64,000 nucleotides of DNA from the NCBI GenBank assembly GCA_031256715.1, contig JAIRQA010000040.1, forward strand, positions 16,736-80,735, given 5' to 3'. Source of the stretch: Coriobacteriales bacterium (GTDB taxonomy: Bacteria; Actinomycetota; Coriobacteriia; Coriobacteriales; UBA8131). Positions 30,354 through 40,343 of the stretch are shown one piece after another; position 1 is the stretch's first letter; each line of letters opens with the position of its first letter. The notes beneath the pieces were generated by a model, which searched no databases, was not told the DNA's origin, and saw only the letters and a program-made list of their open reading frames with translations. Both the position numbers and the translations under genes were made by a program.

Positions 30354-30503
30354 GCGACAGACGTGATGTGTTCTTGTAGTGCTCTGAATGATTTTAGGGG
30401 CGAAAACACGGGCGAACACAGTTCGCCCCTACGAAGTGCGACTTGGTCAATCAGGCGAGCGAGCACACGGGCGAACGAAGGCGCGCCCCTACAAGCATGG
30501 CGC
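30354..30503 (+). repeat. right copy of the roughly 150-bp direct repeat bracketing the AbiE module
   Basis: GCGACAGACGTGATGTGTTCTTG...GCTCTGAATGATTTT...CACGGGCGAACACAGTTCGCCCCTACGAAGTGCG... aligns colinearly with 28398-28543 (roughly four-fifths identical by eye). Confidence 0.85.
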
Positions 30504-30571
30504 TCATCGTAGCTCGTCTTCGTTCTTCTCAACAAATCTTAATTCTTAACCCTTGTGGTACCATTAGCATT

Positions 30572-31342
30572 ATGGCTATTTCTAAACAAAAAGAGAACAC
30601 GCTAAAAGCAGTTAAGCGATTGGGAGAAGGAACCCAGTCGCGAGCTGGCCTTGGCGTTGACATCATAGAGATTGAGCGCATGGAGCAAATTCTTGTGCGT
30701 ACGCCTCGTTTTATGCAGCGCGTTTTTAGCGAGGGCGAGCGTAAATATGCTATGGCAAAAGCCCGTCCGGCGATTCATTTCGCGCTTTTCTTTGCAGCAA
30801 AAGAGGCCGTTTTAAAGGCTTTGGGCACAGGCTTTACCGGCATGGCGTTTACCGATGTAGAGGTAACTCACGACAGGCACGGACGTCCAGAGCCTATATT
30901 GCACGGAAACGCCGCAAAAGTTGCTAGCGAGCAAGGCGTTGTAGAGGTAGAGCTTTCGCTTTCTTACACGCATCAGGTGGGCGTGGCTTCGGCGGTTGCT
31001 ATAAAAAGCGAGGATCGTCCGCGCAAAGACGAGCGCAAAGACCCTATGGAGGAGCTTCAGCAGCAATTTAAGGAAATGCGCTCGATGTTAGACAACATGG
31101 ACGAACGCATTCGGGAACTCAGCGAGGGCTCAGAGACTGCTGTTGCCGAGGTTGAGGCAGAAGACGAAGAAGAGGGCGAATCTGATGTTGAGGATGACGC
31201 GAGTGCTGCTAGCGAAGACGAAACCGCTGCTGAAACTACGTTTAATGTTGAGAAGAAAACCGATGCCGAAGCTGCTAGCGATGCAAATGGGACAACCGAA
31301 ACACACAGCGGCGCATCCCTAAGCGAACAAACATTGTCATAG
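30572..31342 (+). CDS. acpS: holo-[acyl-carrier-protein] synthase with an acidic C-terminal tail
   Basis: GLGVDIIEIERM..., FAAKEAVLKALG and LSLSYTHQVGVASAVA. Start at ATG 30572; the track ORF from 30443 reads through the repeat. E/D-rich tail from about 31010. Confidence 0.88.
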   Translation: MAISKQKENTLKAVKRLGEGTQSRAGLGVDIIEIERMEQILVRTPRFMQRVFSEGERKYAMAKARPAIHFALFFAAKEAVLKALGTGFTGMAFTDVEVTHDRHGRPEPILHGNAAKVASEQGVVEVELSLSYTHQVGVASAVAIKSEDRPRKDERKDPMEELQQQFKEMRSMLDNMDERIRELSEGSETAVAEVEAEDEEEGESDVEDDASAASEDETAAETTFNVEKKTDAEAASDANGTTETHSGASLSEQTLS

Positions 31343-31478
31343 CTAGGTGTCGTGCTATTATGCTAGCATATTCACACAGCTTAGTAACCTCTGATAGCCT
31401 GTTAACCTCACTAGCCTTGTTAGCTTCGCCAGCCGCGCAAAACTTGTCTTGCGAACAAAGCGAACAGCAGGAGGCGAC

Positions 31479-32576
31479 ATGAGTCGTCTCATGGATCAAA
31501 ACGTTGCGCAAAATTCGTGCCCTGAACAAAGCGACCAGCGCATATCGTTGCCGGCAATTCCTGAAGACGCAAATAAGTATTCGCGAGGCAGCCTATTGAT
31601 CTTAGCAGGTTCTAGCAGTTTTCCTGGAGCTGCTGTGCTTTGCGCGCTGGCGGCGGCCCGCACAGGTGCTGGTTATGTAACATTAGCCGTGCCTGAGCCA
31701 GCGGCAACATCTGCAAGGGCGCATCTACTTTCTATACCAGTTGTTGCTGCGCCAGCAACAAGCGAAGGAGCATTTGCTGCAAATGCGCTTTTGAGTATTA
31801 TAAAGGGGCGGCAACACATAGACGCAATTGTTTGTGGGCCAGGCATCATGGTTAGCCCTGAAACAATTGCCTTTGTGCAAGAAGTCATGCAGTTTGCAGC
31901 CAAACATGACATCCCATTGCTTTTAGATGCCGATGCACTTAATGCTTTAGCGCTTTACTTAGGGGGAGGTGCGGCAAATCAAGAATCTACTAACACACCC
32001 ATAAAACATAAAGCAACTAACGTGCATGCAAATCAAGAATCTTCCAGCGTAACAAAACAAGTAACAACACAAGTAACAACACAAGTAACAAAACAAGTAA
32101 CAGCACAAGCAGCTAAACAAGCAAAACATGCAGCAACACAAGCGGCTCCCTTAGAACAACAAAAACAGCTACCAACATTTACTGAGCACAAACTGACACT
32201 TACTCCGCATGGTGGTGAGCTCGCAAGGTTACTGTGTGCCACACAGTTACAGGATGCTAGCATGCTAGCACAGTTGTTACGTGCGATTGTTGTTGCCAAA
32301 GGACCTGCCACAGTTATAACCGATGGCAAGAAAACCATAGAGTCGGCAATAGGCACTGCGGCATTGGCTAAGGCGGGTACCGGCGATGTTTTAGCCGGAA
32401 TCATTGGCTCTTTGCTTGCTCAGGGCATGAGACCATTTGAGGCTGCCTTAGCTGGCGTTAAGATACATAGCAAAGCAGGTTGTCTTGCAGAACAAAATTT
32501 TGGTATACGCTCGGTAATGGCAGAAGATGTAATAGCAGCGATTTCCGATGTCTTGCGCACCCTGCCCATTATCTAA
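31479..32576 (+). CDS. nnrD: ADP-dependent NAD(P)H-hydrate dehydratase with a roughly 75-aa Q/T/K-rich insertion
   Basis: KYSRGSLLILAGS, LDADAL, LTPHGGE and KAGTGDVLAG motifs. AGGAGG RBS before ATG 31479. Insert (VTKQVTTQVTTQ...) at about 31960-32185. Confidence 0.85.
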   Translation: MSRLMDQNVAQNSCPEQSDQRISLPAIPEDANKYSRGSLLILAGSSSFPGAAVLCALAAARTGAGYVTLAVPEPAATSARAHLLSIPVVAAPATSEGAFAANALLSIIKGRQHIDAIVCGPGIMVSPETIAFVQEVMQFAAKHDIPLLLDADALNALALYLGGGAANQESTNTPIKHKATNVHANQESSSVTKQVTTQVTTQVTKQVTAQAAKQAKHAATQAAPLEQQKQLPTFTEHKLTLTPHGGELARLLCATQLQDASMLAQLLRAIVVAKGPATVITDGKKTIESAIGTAALAKAGTGDVLAGIIGSLLAQGMRPFEAALAGVKIHSKAGCLAEQNFGIRSVMAEDVIAAISDVLRTLPII

Positions 32577-32730
32577 CACTGTCTTACCTGTTGTCTTGCG
32601 CACATGACGATGACTTTTACGGCAACAATTACATCGTATTATCTAACAACTGCCTTGCCTGTTGCCTTGCGCCTTAAACCCACAATGCAACAAATGTCTT
32701 GCTTCATACGCCCCGAACCTCACTCAAGCA

Positions 32731-32905
32731 ATCCAACAACGGCCACTTCACACGACCCGAACCTCAGTAAATCTATCCAACAACGGCCACCTTAGAAACT
32801 CCGCGCTTCTAGATCGCTACCCAACAACGGCCACCTTAGAAACTCCGCGCCTCTAGCTCGCTATCCAACAACGGCCACTTCATAAATTCTTCATCTCTAG
32901 CCCGC
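32731..32905. repeat. about 44-bp tandem repeat x4 downstream of nnrD
   Basis: ATCCAACAACGGCCAC recurs at 32731, 32774, 32819 and 32863, with conserved TTAGAAACTCCGCGC..CTAG between copies. Confidence 0.85.
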
Positions 32906-33075
32906 ATTTTACAAACTGCAATAATCTTTATTAAAAATTCTTTAAAACGACACACAATCTACATGTTCTCGTATGCAATCACTTGTGCTTTTTGCTAACA
33001 TAGCGGTGTTGGTTTTCCGTAATGTATGCTTGTAGGAGGGCACACAAAGTCTTTTGGAAAGGGGTTGCATTAATT

Positions 33076-34185
33076 ATGAAAATTGCAACAACAGTGAACG
33101 AAAACAGTAGTGTAAGACAAGGCGCACGAGCAAGCGTGCGGCGTTGGCGCCAAAGACTAGGCATTGCCATGGTGGCTTTGCTTGCCGCTTTGGTAACAGT
33201 GACGCCAGTGCTTGCGTATGCGGCGCAAAGCAACAGTGTCATCGACCAAAGCGTTGCAACGCGTGTTGCGCTAGACGAGGTTGTCGCTAACAAGGTAGAC
33301 GGTGTATATTCACAGATTCAGAATGGACTCTCTGATTACGCTGGCAAGTTGGTAACCGATCTTATTGGAAACAGGGATTCTATAAAGTCTGCGCTAAAGC
33401 CCATATTGTCTGACGCGATAAAGGCAGAGTTAGACAAGGCAAACATCTCTGATCCTAAGGTGGACGAACTAATAGAAAAGTCTGTAGACAAAATCATCGA
33501 CAATAAATATGTAGATATGATCCTAGACCACGAGTTCACACAGGCCGTCATTGCTCGTACCTGCCGCTATGCAACTGCAGATATTATCGCGCAACTTAAC
33601 ATTAGCGCCGATAGAGACACCATTGTTGCCAATGCTTCTGACCATATCTGGAACGCAAGCCTGAAGTCTGTTGGCACGGCATCTACAAAAGTAAAAAGCG
33701 ATTTGCCGGTAATAACCGCGGCTGGAGTTGTCACAAATACATCGTATTACAACTTCTCGGTTGTATCTTGGAATACATTGTTTGGCATTAAGACAACAGC
33801 CAAAGAGATTAATGTAAGCGGTTGGAACTCCTCAAACATTAACACGTATATTACCGCTACAGTTGGTTTAAACGCTGCCGGCAAATACAACGAATACAAA
33901 ACAAAGCTCAGCAATATGGACTACAAGACCATCATCTTAGAAGCAGCTAAACGCGCAATTTATGACGAGGTTGTCTTCAGACTTGAAACACTTTATCAGA
34001 ACGTGAAGACTTGCGTTGTAACAAACGTGCAGGAAGAGCTGGCAGAACTTGGCATTAATGTTGCCCTTAACCCCACTGACAGCTTAGAAAAGCTTGCAAA
34101 AGACATTAAAGCAGCAGTAGAGGCAAAGGCAATACAGGATACGCACACTGCCTTAGATAGCTTGTGGCAGTACCTGCTTTCCTAA
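33076..34185 (+). CDS. hypothetical secreted protein
   Basis: ATG 33076. Basic N-region followed by GIAMVALLAALVTVTPVLAYA-AQ, a signal peptide. No family recognised. Confidence 0.55.
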   Translation: MKIATTVNENSSVRQGARASVRRWRQRLGIAMVALLAALVTVTPVLAYAAQSNSVIDQSVATRVALDEVVANKVDGVYSQIQNGLSDYAGKLVTDLIGNRDSIKSALKPILSDAIKAELDKANISDPKVDELIEKSVDKIIDNKYVDMILDHEFTQAVIARTCRYATADIIAQLNISADRDTIVANASDHIWNASLKSVGTASTKVKSDLPVITAAGVVTNTSYYNFSVVSWNTLFGIKTTAKEINVSGWNSSNINTYITATVGLNAAGKYNEYKTKLSNMDYKTIILEAAKRAIYDEVVFRLETLYQNVKTCVVTNVQEELAELGINVALNPTDSLEKLAKDIKAAVEAKAIQDTHTALDSLWQYLLS

Positions 34186-34340
34186 TCTAATAACAATCAA
34201 ATAAAATGAGGCTTAGATAGCCTGTGTAGAGAAAAATCTGCAGCAGCGCCTTCTTAGCCTTAATAAAGCGGGCGGACTTTGCTTACACGCATTATGTTGA
34301 GAAGAACTTAGCGTGCAGGCACTGTTCGCCCCTTTCTTTG

Positions 34341-34510
34341 TGTACGTTATGCGCGGGGCAAATGGCGTTTTTTTGCCGCACAACAACCTGGGACAAATGA
34401 CGTTTTGTGCCACACAACAACCTGGGACAAATGACGTTTTGTGCCGCACAACAACCTGGAGCAAATAGCGTTTTGTGTCGCACAGCAATCCAATGCCACT
34501 CTCTTAAGCG
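34341..34510. repeat. 34-bp tandem repeat x4-5 between convergent genes
   Basis: GCCGCACAACAACCTGGGACAAATGACGTTTTGT units start at 34375, 34409, 34443 and 34477, plus a partial copy upstream. Confidence 0.85.
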
Positions 34511-34563
34511 GTGCCACTTTAGCAAGCTAGCACTGTTCGCCAGTCCTACCAACACTAACAGAA

Positions 34564-36045
34564 CTAGCAACCATGCCTGTTAATATAGCTAAATAGCTCC
34601 TTGCGCTTGTGAATGCCAATTTTGCTATAAATATGTGCAATATGGGTGTTTACAGTATTTGTAGAGATTACCAATTTTTCTGCCACGGCAGCGGCATTAT
34701 AGCCATGAGCTATTAATGTGATAATTTCGGTTTCGCGGCAGGAAAGCGCGAACTCCTTAGCTATCTGTGTGCAGATGGTGTCAGTTTCTGAACTTGTGGT
34801 TGGCTTGCTGGTAGCGCTGATGATGTTGTACTCCTGACGAACAAGCGGTATGAGCAGAGAAACTGTAAGCACAATAAGCACAAGTGCTGTTAGCGGTACA
34901 AGCAGTTTAAAAGAATTGGCATCTAGAAGCCTTTCATATAGTATTGCTAATGTGTTGCCAACTGCTACTCCAAGTCGTATTGAGCCACCTGCAAGACCAA
35001 ACGCCATTTGTGGGCTAGCATATCCGCTTTGTGTTAAGCGAGCAAAATATATAGCTATTAAAATCTCAAATACCGATACTATCATTAAGGCAACAATAAA
35101 AGATGAAAAGTAGAGAAACTCGCCTGTTAGATACATTACGCCCACTAGGGCGGTAAGCACCAAAAGCCAATTGAACATGGTAAAGATATTAAAGTGCTTG
35201 GCGGCAATGGTTCCTAAAAGCGCCAACGCAAGTATAAAAAGGGCACCCGCGTAAACACCATAGGCAAAGCTATCCTCTACGGGTACTAATAATTCCCAAG
35301 GGACAATCGCGACAAAGAAATAGCACGTAGTACAAGATATGAATGAGATCAGACAAACAATGCCTATGCTTTGCATGCTGCGTTTTACGGAACTTTCGGG
35401 TAGAAGTATGGGAAACGCTAACTTGGCATCACTACGCTTAATATATAGCATAGAACCAGAAATAAGTGGCAATAAAGCTACCCAAACAGCGGCAAGTACT
35501 GGCGGCAGTATGCTTGCAAGAATAAGTGAAACCAAAAAACAGATGCCGTAGCTTGGCGCTATATGACGTATAGAGAAATGCGCCTTAACCTGAGCGTAGC
35601 GCTCTGCCCAAAGCAGCCAGAGTAAGGCGCTGGAAATTCCTAGACAGGCGCTACATAAATAGGCTGGTATCAAAGTTGCACCTTTGCTAACAATAAGAGT
35701 AAAAATTAGTGTTCCGGCACTTGCGCAGATACAGGAAAGCCAAAGTACAATAGGGTAATCGCAAAGATGCCGATTTTTGCCCAGAAAACGCGGCAGTGCG
35801 AACAAAACAACCGCGGAGCTTGACAAGTTTATCAGCCAGGAAAAAGTTATGGCATCATCAAGCAAAAAAGTGTCGGGAAAAATATTGGCAACAAACCAGA
35901 GGCAGTAATGCCAAGCCAGTAAGGTGGTTAAACCAAGATATTTAAGTTTTGGTTGCGAGGTTACGCCGTCATTAATCTGACTAGTTAGTTCTGTAGTTGG
36001 TTCAGTTTTCGCAGGAATTTGCTGGCGCATGTTCATCATCCTCAA
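34564..36045 (-). CDS. LuxR-family transcriptional regulator with a polytopic N-terminal membrane domain
   Basis: About 10 hydrophobic helices followed by a C-terminal GerE/LuxR HTH (RETEIITLIAHGYNAAAVAEKLVISTNTVNTHIAHIYSKIG). Divergent from the cai-like cluster. Confidence 0.85.
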   Translation of the reverse strand: MRMMNMRQQIPAKTEPTTELTSQINDGVTSQPKLKYLGLTTLLAWHYCLWFVANIFPDTFLLDDAITFSWLINLSSSAVVLFALPRFLGKNRHLCDYPIVLWLSCICASAGTLIFTLIVSKGATLIPAYLCSACLGISSALLWLLWAERYAQVKAHFSIRHIAPSYGICFLVSLILASILPPVLAAVWVALLPLISGSMLYIKRSDAKLAFPILLPESSVKRSMQSIGIVCLISFISCTTCYFFVAIVPWELLVPVEDSFAYGVYAGALFILALALLGTIAAKHFNIFTMFNWLLVLTALVGVMYLTGEFLYFSSFIVALMIVSVFEILIAIYFARLTQSGYASPQMAFGLAGGSIRLGVAVGNTLAILYERLLDANSFKLLVPLTALVLIVLTVSLLIPLVRQEYNIISATSKPTTSSETDTICTQIAKEFALSCRETEIITLIAHGYNAAAVAEKLVISTNTVNTHIAHIYSKIGIHKRKELFSYINRHGC

Positions 36046-36347
36046 CCTTCATTTTTTTCTGAATCTGTGTTGTTACACGATACATGATTGACATGCCTAA
36101 TAGTACATCACTAATTCGTGATTATCACATCATTAAAAAATAATTATTTGATAAATCGTGCAGATTTTATGATGACATTTTGGCAACGAGGCGCGATTCT
36201 GCATTTAGGACGCGTCCGCAAAGTAGTCAGAATCTAAGTACTTAGGGCGCATCCAAAAATATTTGTAAGGCATTAAAGTCACAACCGATGCGCATTTAAT
36301 AGCGAATCTAAAATGTGGCAACAACTAGCACCGAAGGAGGAAGGTTT

Positions 36348-37712
36348 ATGAAAGTAGAAAATTTAGAAAAAAATGTTCAGAAGCCCACAGGGAGAAACGC
36401 AGAAAAGAGCTATGACGAGCTAAGCAAAGGCCTGAAGTGGCTGTTGTTGATACTGGCTAGTATTGGTAGCTCCATCATTTATGCGCCAGCTTATCTTAAG
36501 GCGGTTTTTTATGATCCTTTGCAACAGGCATTAGGTGTAACCAACACAGAACTAGGAGCAGTGTTTGGTGCTTATGCTATTACTGCACTGATTTGCTACT
36601 TGCCTTCGGGAATTATCGCCGACAAAGTGCGCATGCGTACGCTGTCTTCTGTTGGCTTTATCTCTACAGCCATACTCACCTTTGTTTACGCGGCATTGCC
36701 CTCTATAGAGGTTCTCTACGTGATTTTTGTTCTTATGGGTGTGACCACTATTTTAATCTGGTGGGGTGTGCGCTACAAGCTGGTTCGTCTGGTTTCTAAA
36801 GAAGACGAATATCCCAAACGCATAGGTCTGTCTTACGGACTTTATGGCGTAGCCGGTCTGCTCATCGGTTTTGTTTCTACTGCTATTGTTGCTGCAGTTG
36901 GCGAGAACCTTGGTTTGGGCGTTTCAGTTTATCTAGGCTTTTTGGGTGCTATTATACTAGCACTTGGCATTCTCTCGCTAATCTTCATTCCCAAGTTTAA
37001 AGGAGAAATAAAGACTGGTGGTGGCTTTAATCTTTCAGAGTTTGTCTCTGCTCTAAAAAGTCCTGTTGTTTGGTTGGCGGCAATTTCTTTGTTCTTCGTT
37101 TACTTCTTCTACACTGGCGTGACCTATACCACGCCGTATCTTACCGGTATCTTAGGCGCGTCACTTGTGGTGACTACTGTCATCGCAAACATTCGTAATT
37201 ACGGCATCACCTTGCTCTCGGGCCCCATTTTTGGAGTTATCGCCAACAAGCTTAAGCCTTCGTTGGTAATCGTTGCCGGCTCATTGGTGTTTTGTGTTGC
37301 TCTGGCCGCGCTCATTTTCTTGCCGCAGATACCGGCCATGATTGTTGTCGCGGCAGTGTTAATAATACTTTTGGGCTTTATAGCCAATGGTGCCTTTGGT
37401 GTGGTTTCTGCCCAACTTACCGAAGGACATGTACCGCTGCACTATTTTGGCGCCGCGACCGGCATCTTGTCTATCATTGGTTTTTTGCCAGACACTTTTT
37501 CTAGCATCTGGTTTGGCGCCATCATGGACGCGCAATCAGATGCAGCTGGCGTGGTTGCTGCCTCTGCCTACGAGCAGATATTTCTGTTGTTAATAGCTGC
37601 CGCGGTTCTTGCCGCCATTTTCTCGCTTGTTCTTTTTCTTTACATCAAGCGTAATAAGGCTCGCCTGGCAGCCGCAGAAGCCGAGCAGGTAGCAGCTAAT
37701 AAAAACCAGTAG
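36348..37712 (+). CDS. MFS transporter
   Basis: About 12 predicted TM helices. GAAGGAGG RBS before ATG 36348. First gene of the cai-like cluster. Confidence 0.75.
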   Translation: MKVENLEKNVQKPTGRNAEKSYDELSKGLKWLLLILASIGSSIIYAPAYLKAVFYDPLQQALGVTNTELGAVFGAYAITALICYLPSGIIADKVRMRTLSSVGFISTAILTFVYAALPSIEVLYVIFVLMGVTTILIWWGVRYKLVRLVSKEDEYPKRIGLSYGLYGVAGLLIGFVSTAIVAAVGENLGLGVSVYLGFLGAIILALGILSLIFIPKFKGEIKTGGGFNLSEFVSALKSPVVWLAAISLFFVYFFYTGVTYTTPYLTGILGASLVVTTVIANIRNYGITLLSGPIFGVIANKLKPSLVIVAGSLVFCVALAALIFLPQIPAMIVVAAVLIILLGFIANGAFGVVSAQLTEGHVPLHYFGAATGILSIIGFLPDTFSSIWFGAIMDAQSDAAGVVAASAYEQIFLLLIAAAVLAAIFSLVLFLYIKRNKARLAAAEAEQVAANKNQ

Positions 37713-37763
37713 CGGCGCTTTAATCCTTCATAAAACAAAAAAACCAAGAGAGGAAATAAGAAC

Positions 37764-38897
37764 ATGGATTTTAAATTATCAGACGAGCAAGAACTTTTGG
37801 TAGAAAACGTTCGCGAGTTAATGCTGCGTGAAAACTGGGAGGCTTATTTTGCCGAATGTGACGCTACGCATAGCTATCCCGAGCGTTGGGTTAAGGAGCT
37901 TTGCGAGTTAGGTTTCGATCAAATCATGCTGCCAGAAGATCGCGGCGGCCTGGGACTTGGCGTAGTAACGTTGTTGGCTGTTTATGAAGAGCTTGGCAGA
38001 CATGGCGCTCCCACCTATGTGCTTTATCAGCTCCCTGGCTACGAGACCATTTTGCGAGAGGGTACCGAAGATCAGATAAATAAGGTCATGTCCTATCTGG
38101 GCACAGGTAAGCAAATTTGGAACTCTGCCTGCACCGAGCCGGGTGCCGGCAGCGATGTAGGTGGCTTACAGACTACTTACCAGCGCAAAGATGGCAAGAT
38201 TTACCTTAATGGACACAAGACCTTTATCACATCATCTGCTCATGTGCCCTATTTGGTGATAATGGCGCGCAATGCCGATGACCCGGATGTTTTTACCGAG
38301 TGGTTCGTAGACATGAGTTTACCTGGCATTAAAAAAGAGCCATTAGAGAAGTTAGGCCTGCGCATGGACAGTTGCTGCGATATTTACCTAGATAACGTAG
38401 AGCTAAGCGAAGCAGATATGTTTGGTATCGAAGGCAATGGCTTTAAGCGCGGTATTGGCGACTTCGACTTTGAGCGTTTCTTAGTAGGCGCCTGCGATTA
38501 CGGTACAGCGCTTTGTGCTTTTGAAGACGCTGCCCGTTACGCAAACGTGCGCGAGCAATTTGGTAAAACCATTGGGCGCTTTCAGCTTAATCAACTTAAG
38601 TTTTGCGAGATGGCCATTAAGATTAACGCAATGAAGAACATGCTTTACGAGACAGCTTGGAGCTACGACAACGGCAACATGACCAGCGCACAGGCAGCTA
38701 TGTGCAAATACTATTGCGCTAATGCCGCATTTGAGGTTGTAGATGATGCCATGCAAGTCATGGCTGGTGTGGCTGTTGCGGGCGAGCATCGCATCCAGCG
38801 TATTTGGCGCGACTTACGCGTAGATCGCGTTAGCGGCGGAACCGACGAAATGATGATTCTTACGGTGGCTAAGGGTATATTACGCAGTTTTAAATAA
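37764..38897 (+). CDS. caiA: acyl-CoA dehydrogenase, CaiA-like (crotonobetainyl-CoA reductase)
   Basis: Near-colinear with my recollection of E. coli CaiA: [11 protein letters not shown]...[11 protein letters not shown]...[12 protein letters not shown]...[10 protein letters not shown]...LGLRMDSCC...[18 protein letters not shown]. Confidence 0.8.
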   Translation: MDFKLSDEQELLVENVRELMLRENWEAYFAECDATHSYPERWVKELCELGFDQIMLPEDRGGLGLGVVTLLAVYEELGRHGAPTYVLYQLPGYETILREGTEDQINKVMSYLGTGKQIWNSACTEPGAGSDVGGLQTTYQRKDGKIYLNGHKTFITSSAHVPYLVIMARNADDPDVFTEWFVDMSLPGIKKEPLEKLGLRMDSCCDIYLDNVELSEADMFGIEGNGFKRGIGDFDFERFLVGACDYGTALCAFEDAARYANVREQFGKTIGRFQLNQLKFCEMAIKINAMKNMLYETAWSYDNGNMTSAQAAMCKYYCANAAFEVVDDAMQVMAGVAVAGEHRIQRIWRDLRVDRVSGGTDEMMILTVAKGILRSFK

Positions 38898-38932
38898 TGC
38901 CCGCAATAGCGTCAACACTAATGCCCGCAATA

Positions 38933-39063
38933 AAGTTAGCTGCAAATTACCCAACGAAGCGTCAACAACCATGGCACTTCTCAACATAGCAAAAAAAGTC
39001 AACTGCAAAGTTGCCAACAAGCTATCCAATGAAGCTTCAACAACCATGGCACTTCTCAACATA
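38933..39063. repeat. about 60-bp imperfect direct repeat x2 in the caiA-caiB spacer
   Basis: ...GCGTCAACAACCATGGCACTTCTCAACATA and ...GCTTCAACAACCATGGCACTTCTCAACATA with related left halves. Confidence 0.8.
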
Positions 39064-39107
39064 ATAAAAAGTTAGCAACCTACAACAAATCTGAAAGGAA
39101 CATAAGC

Positions 39108-40319
39108 ATGAAACCTAGTACAAAAAAACCATCATTTGGCGTACTTGATGGCGTGAAGATAGTCTATTCGGCAGTGGAGCTGGCGGTTCCCAAAGCTTGC
39201 TGCATAATGGCCGAGTGGGGAGCCGATGTTATCTGGTTAGAGAACACTGGCGCGGGCGACACCATTCGTGACACGGCTTACGTCAAGCAGGCGGAGCGTC
39301 GTAATCAGCGCAGTGTTGCTTTAGACAATTTTTCTGACGAAGGCCGCGAGATTCTTTTTAAGCTCATCGCTGACGCCGACATTTTCATAGAGGCAAGCAA
39401 GGGAGGCACTTACGCCAAACGCGGTATTACAGATGAGCTGCTTTGGCAGTACAATCCCAAGCTGGTAATTGTTCACCTGTCAGGTTTTGGTCAAAGTGGC
39501 GATCCCAATATGGTTGCTCGCGCCGCCTACGATCTTACAGTAATGGCTTATAGCGGTTACATGAGTCAGAATGGCACGCAAGAACAGCCCATGAATCCAG
39601 GCCCTTATGCTGGCGATTACTTTAATACTTTAATGGTTGTAAGTTCGTCTTTGGCAGCTTTACACAAGGCAAATGCTACCGGTATTGGCGAAAGCATAGA
39701 TTTGGCGATGTTTGAGACTTTACTTGCGATTGGTCAGTATTATCTGGTGGACTATCTTAACGCGGGCATAATTTGGCCGCGTCCAGGTGCGCGAAACCAG
39801 AACCTTTGTGCCATTGGCGAGTATAAATGCAAAGACGGTTTCATTGGGCTTTGTGTTTATGGCGTGCAGCAAAACAAGTACCTGCTGGAGGCAATTGGTT
39901 TAGGCGAGCTTTGGGGAAGCGAAGATTACCCAGAAGATACCAGTGCGCTTTGGCTCTCTAGTCCTAAAGCCAAGCTTATAGAGCAAAAACTAGAAGAATA
40001 TCTGGCCTTGCAAAATGTAGAAGATGTAGAGAAGGACTTCGCGTCCCACCGCATTGCGGCGCAAAAAGTTATGGAGTTTAGCAACTTGGTAGATGAGGAG
40101 CATCTTGCCAAGCGCGAGGTTTGGCTAAATTGGGAAACTGCCGATGGCGAACAGTTTAAGGGTCTTAATGTCTTTCCCCGTTTTAAGAATAATCCAGGAC
40201 AGGTTTGGCGACCCATGCCCGAACAAGGCTATGACACCAAAGACGTGCTTGAACGCTTGGGCTACTCTGCAGAAGATATCAAGCGTTTGGCAGCGGCCGG
40301 TACTATTAAGCTAGCATAA
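39108..40319 (+). CDS. caiB: type III CoA-transferase, CaiB-like (carnitine/gamma-butyrobetainyl-CoA transferase)
   Basis: AEWGADVIWLEN, IFIEASKGG, NPKLVIVHLSGFGQ and FPRFKNNPGQVWRPMP parallel E. coli CaiB motifs (AEWGAEVIWIEN, PKFKNNPGQIWRGMP). Confidence 0.8.
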   Translation: MKPSTKKPSFGVLDGVKIVYSAVELAVPKACCIMAEWGADVIWLENTGAGDTIRDTAYVKQAERRNQRSVALDNFSDEGREILFKLIADADIFIEASKGGTYAKRGITDELLWQYNPKLVIVHLSGFGQSGDPNMVARAAYDLTVMAYSGYMSQNGTQEQPMNPGPYAGDYFNTLMVVSSSLAALHKANATGIGESIDLAMFETLLAIGQYYLVDYLNAGIIWPRPGARNQNLCAIGEYKCKDGFIGLCVYGVQQNKYLLEAIGLGELWGSEDYPEDTSALWLSSPKAKLIEQKLEEYLALQNVEDVEKDFASHRIAAQKVMEFSNLVDEEHLAKREVWLNWETADGEQFKGLNVFPRFKNNPGQVWRPMPEQGYDTKDVLERLGYSAEDIKRLAAAGTIKLA

Positions 40320-40343
40320 TATAAAAAGAAAGTGAGAGATGGT

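Noticed and set aside
28398-30503. Interpreting the AbiE-flanking repeats as integron attC sites
   Set aside because: There is no intI integrase and no recognisable R''/L''-L'/R' core sites (GTTRRRY). The repeats are direct and built from REP-like hairpins.
31959-32404. Minus-strand ORFs opposite nnrD (60 and 123 aa)
   Set aside because: They are antisense readings of the VTKQ repeat insert and of a conserved nnrD region.
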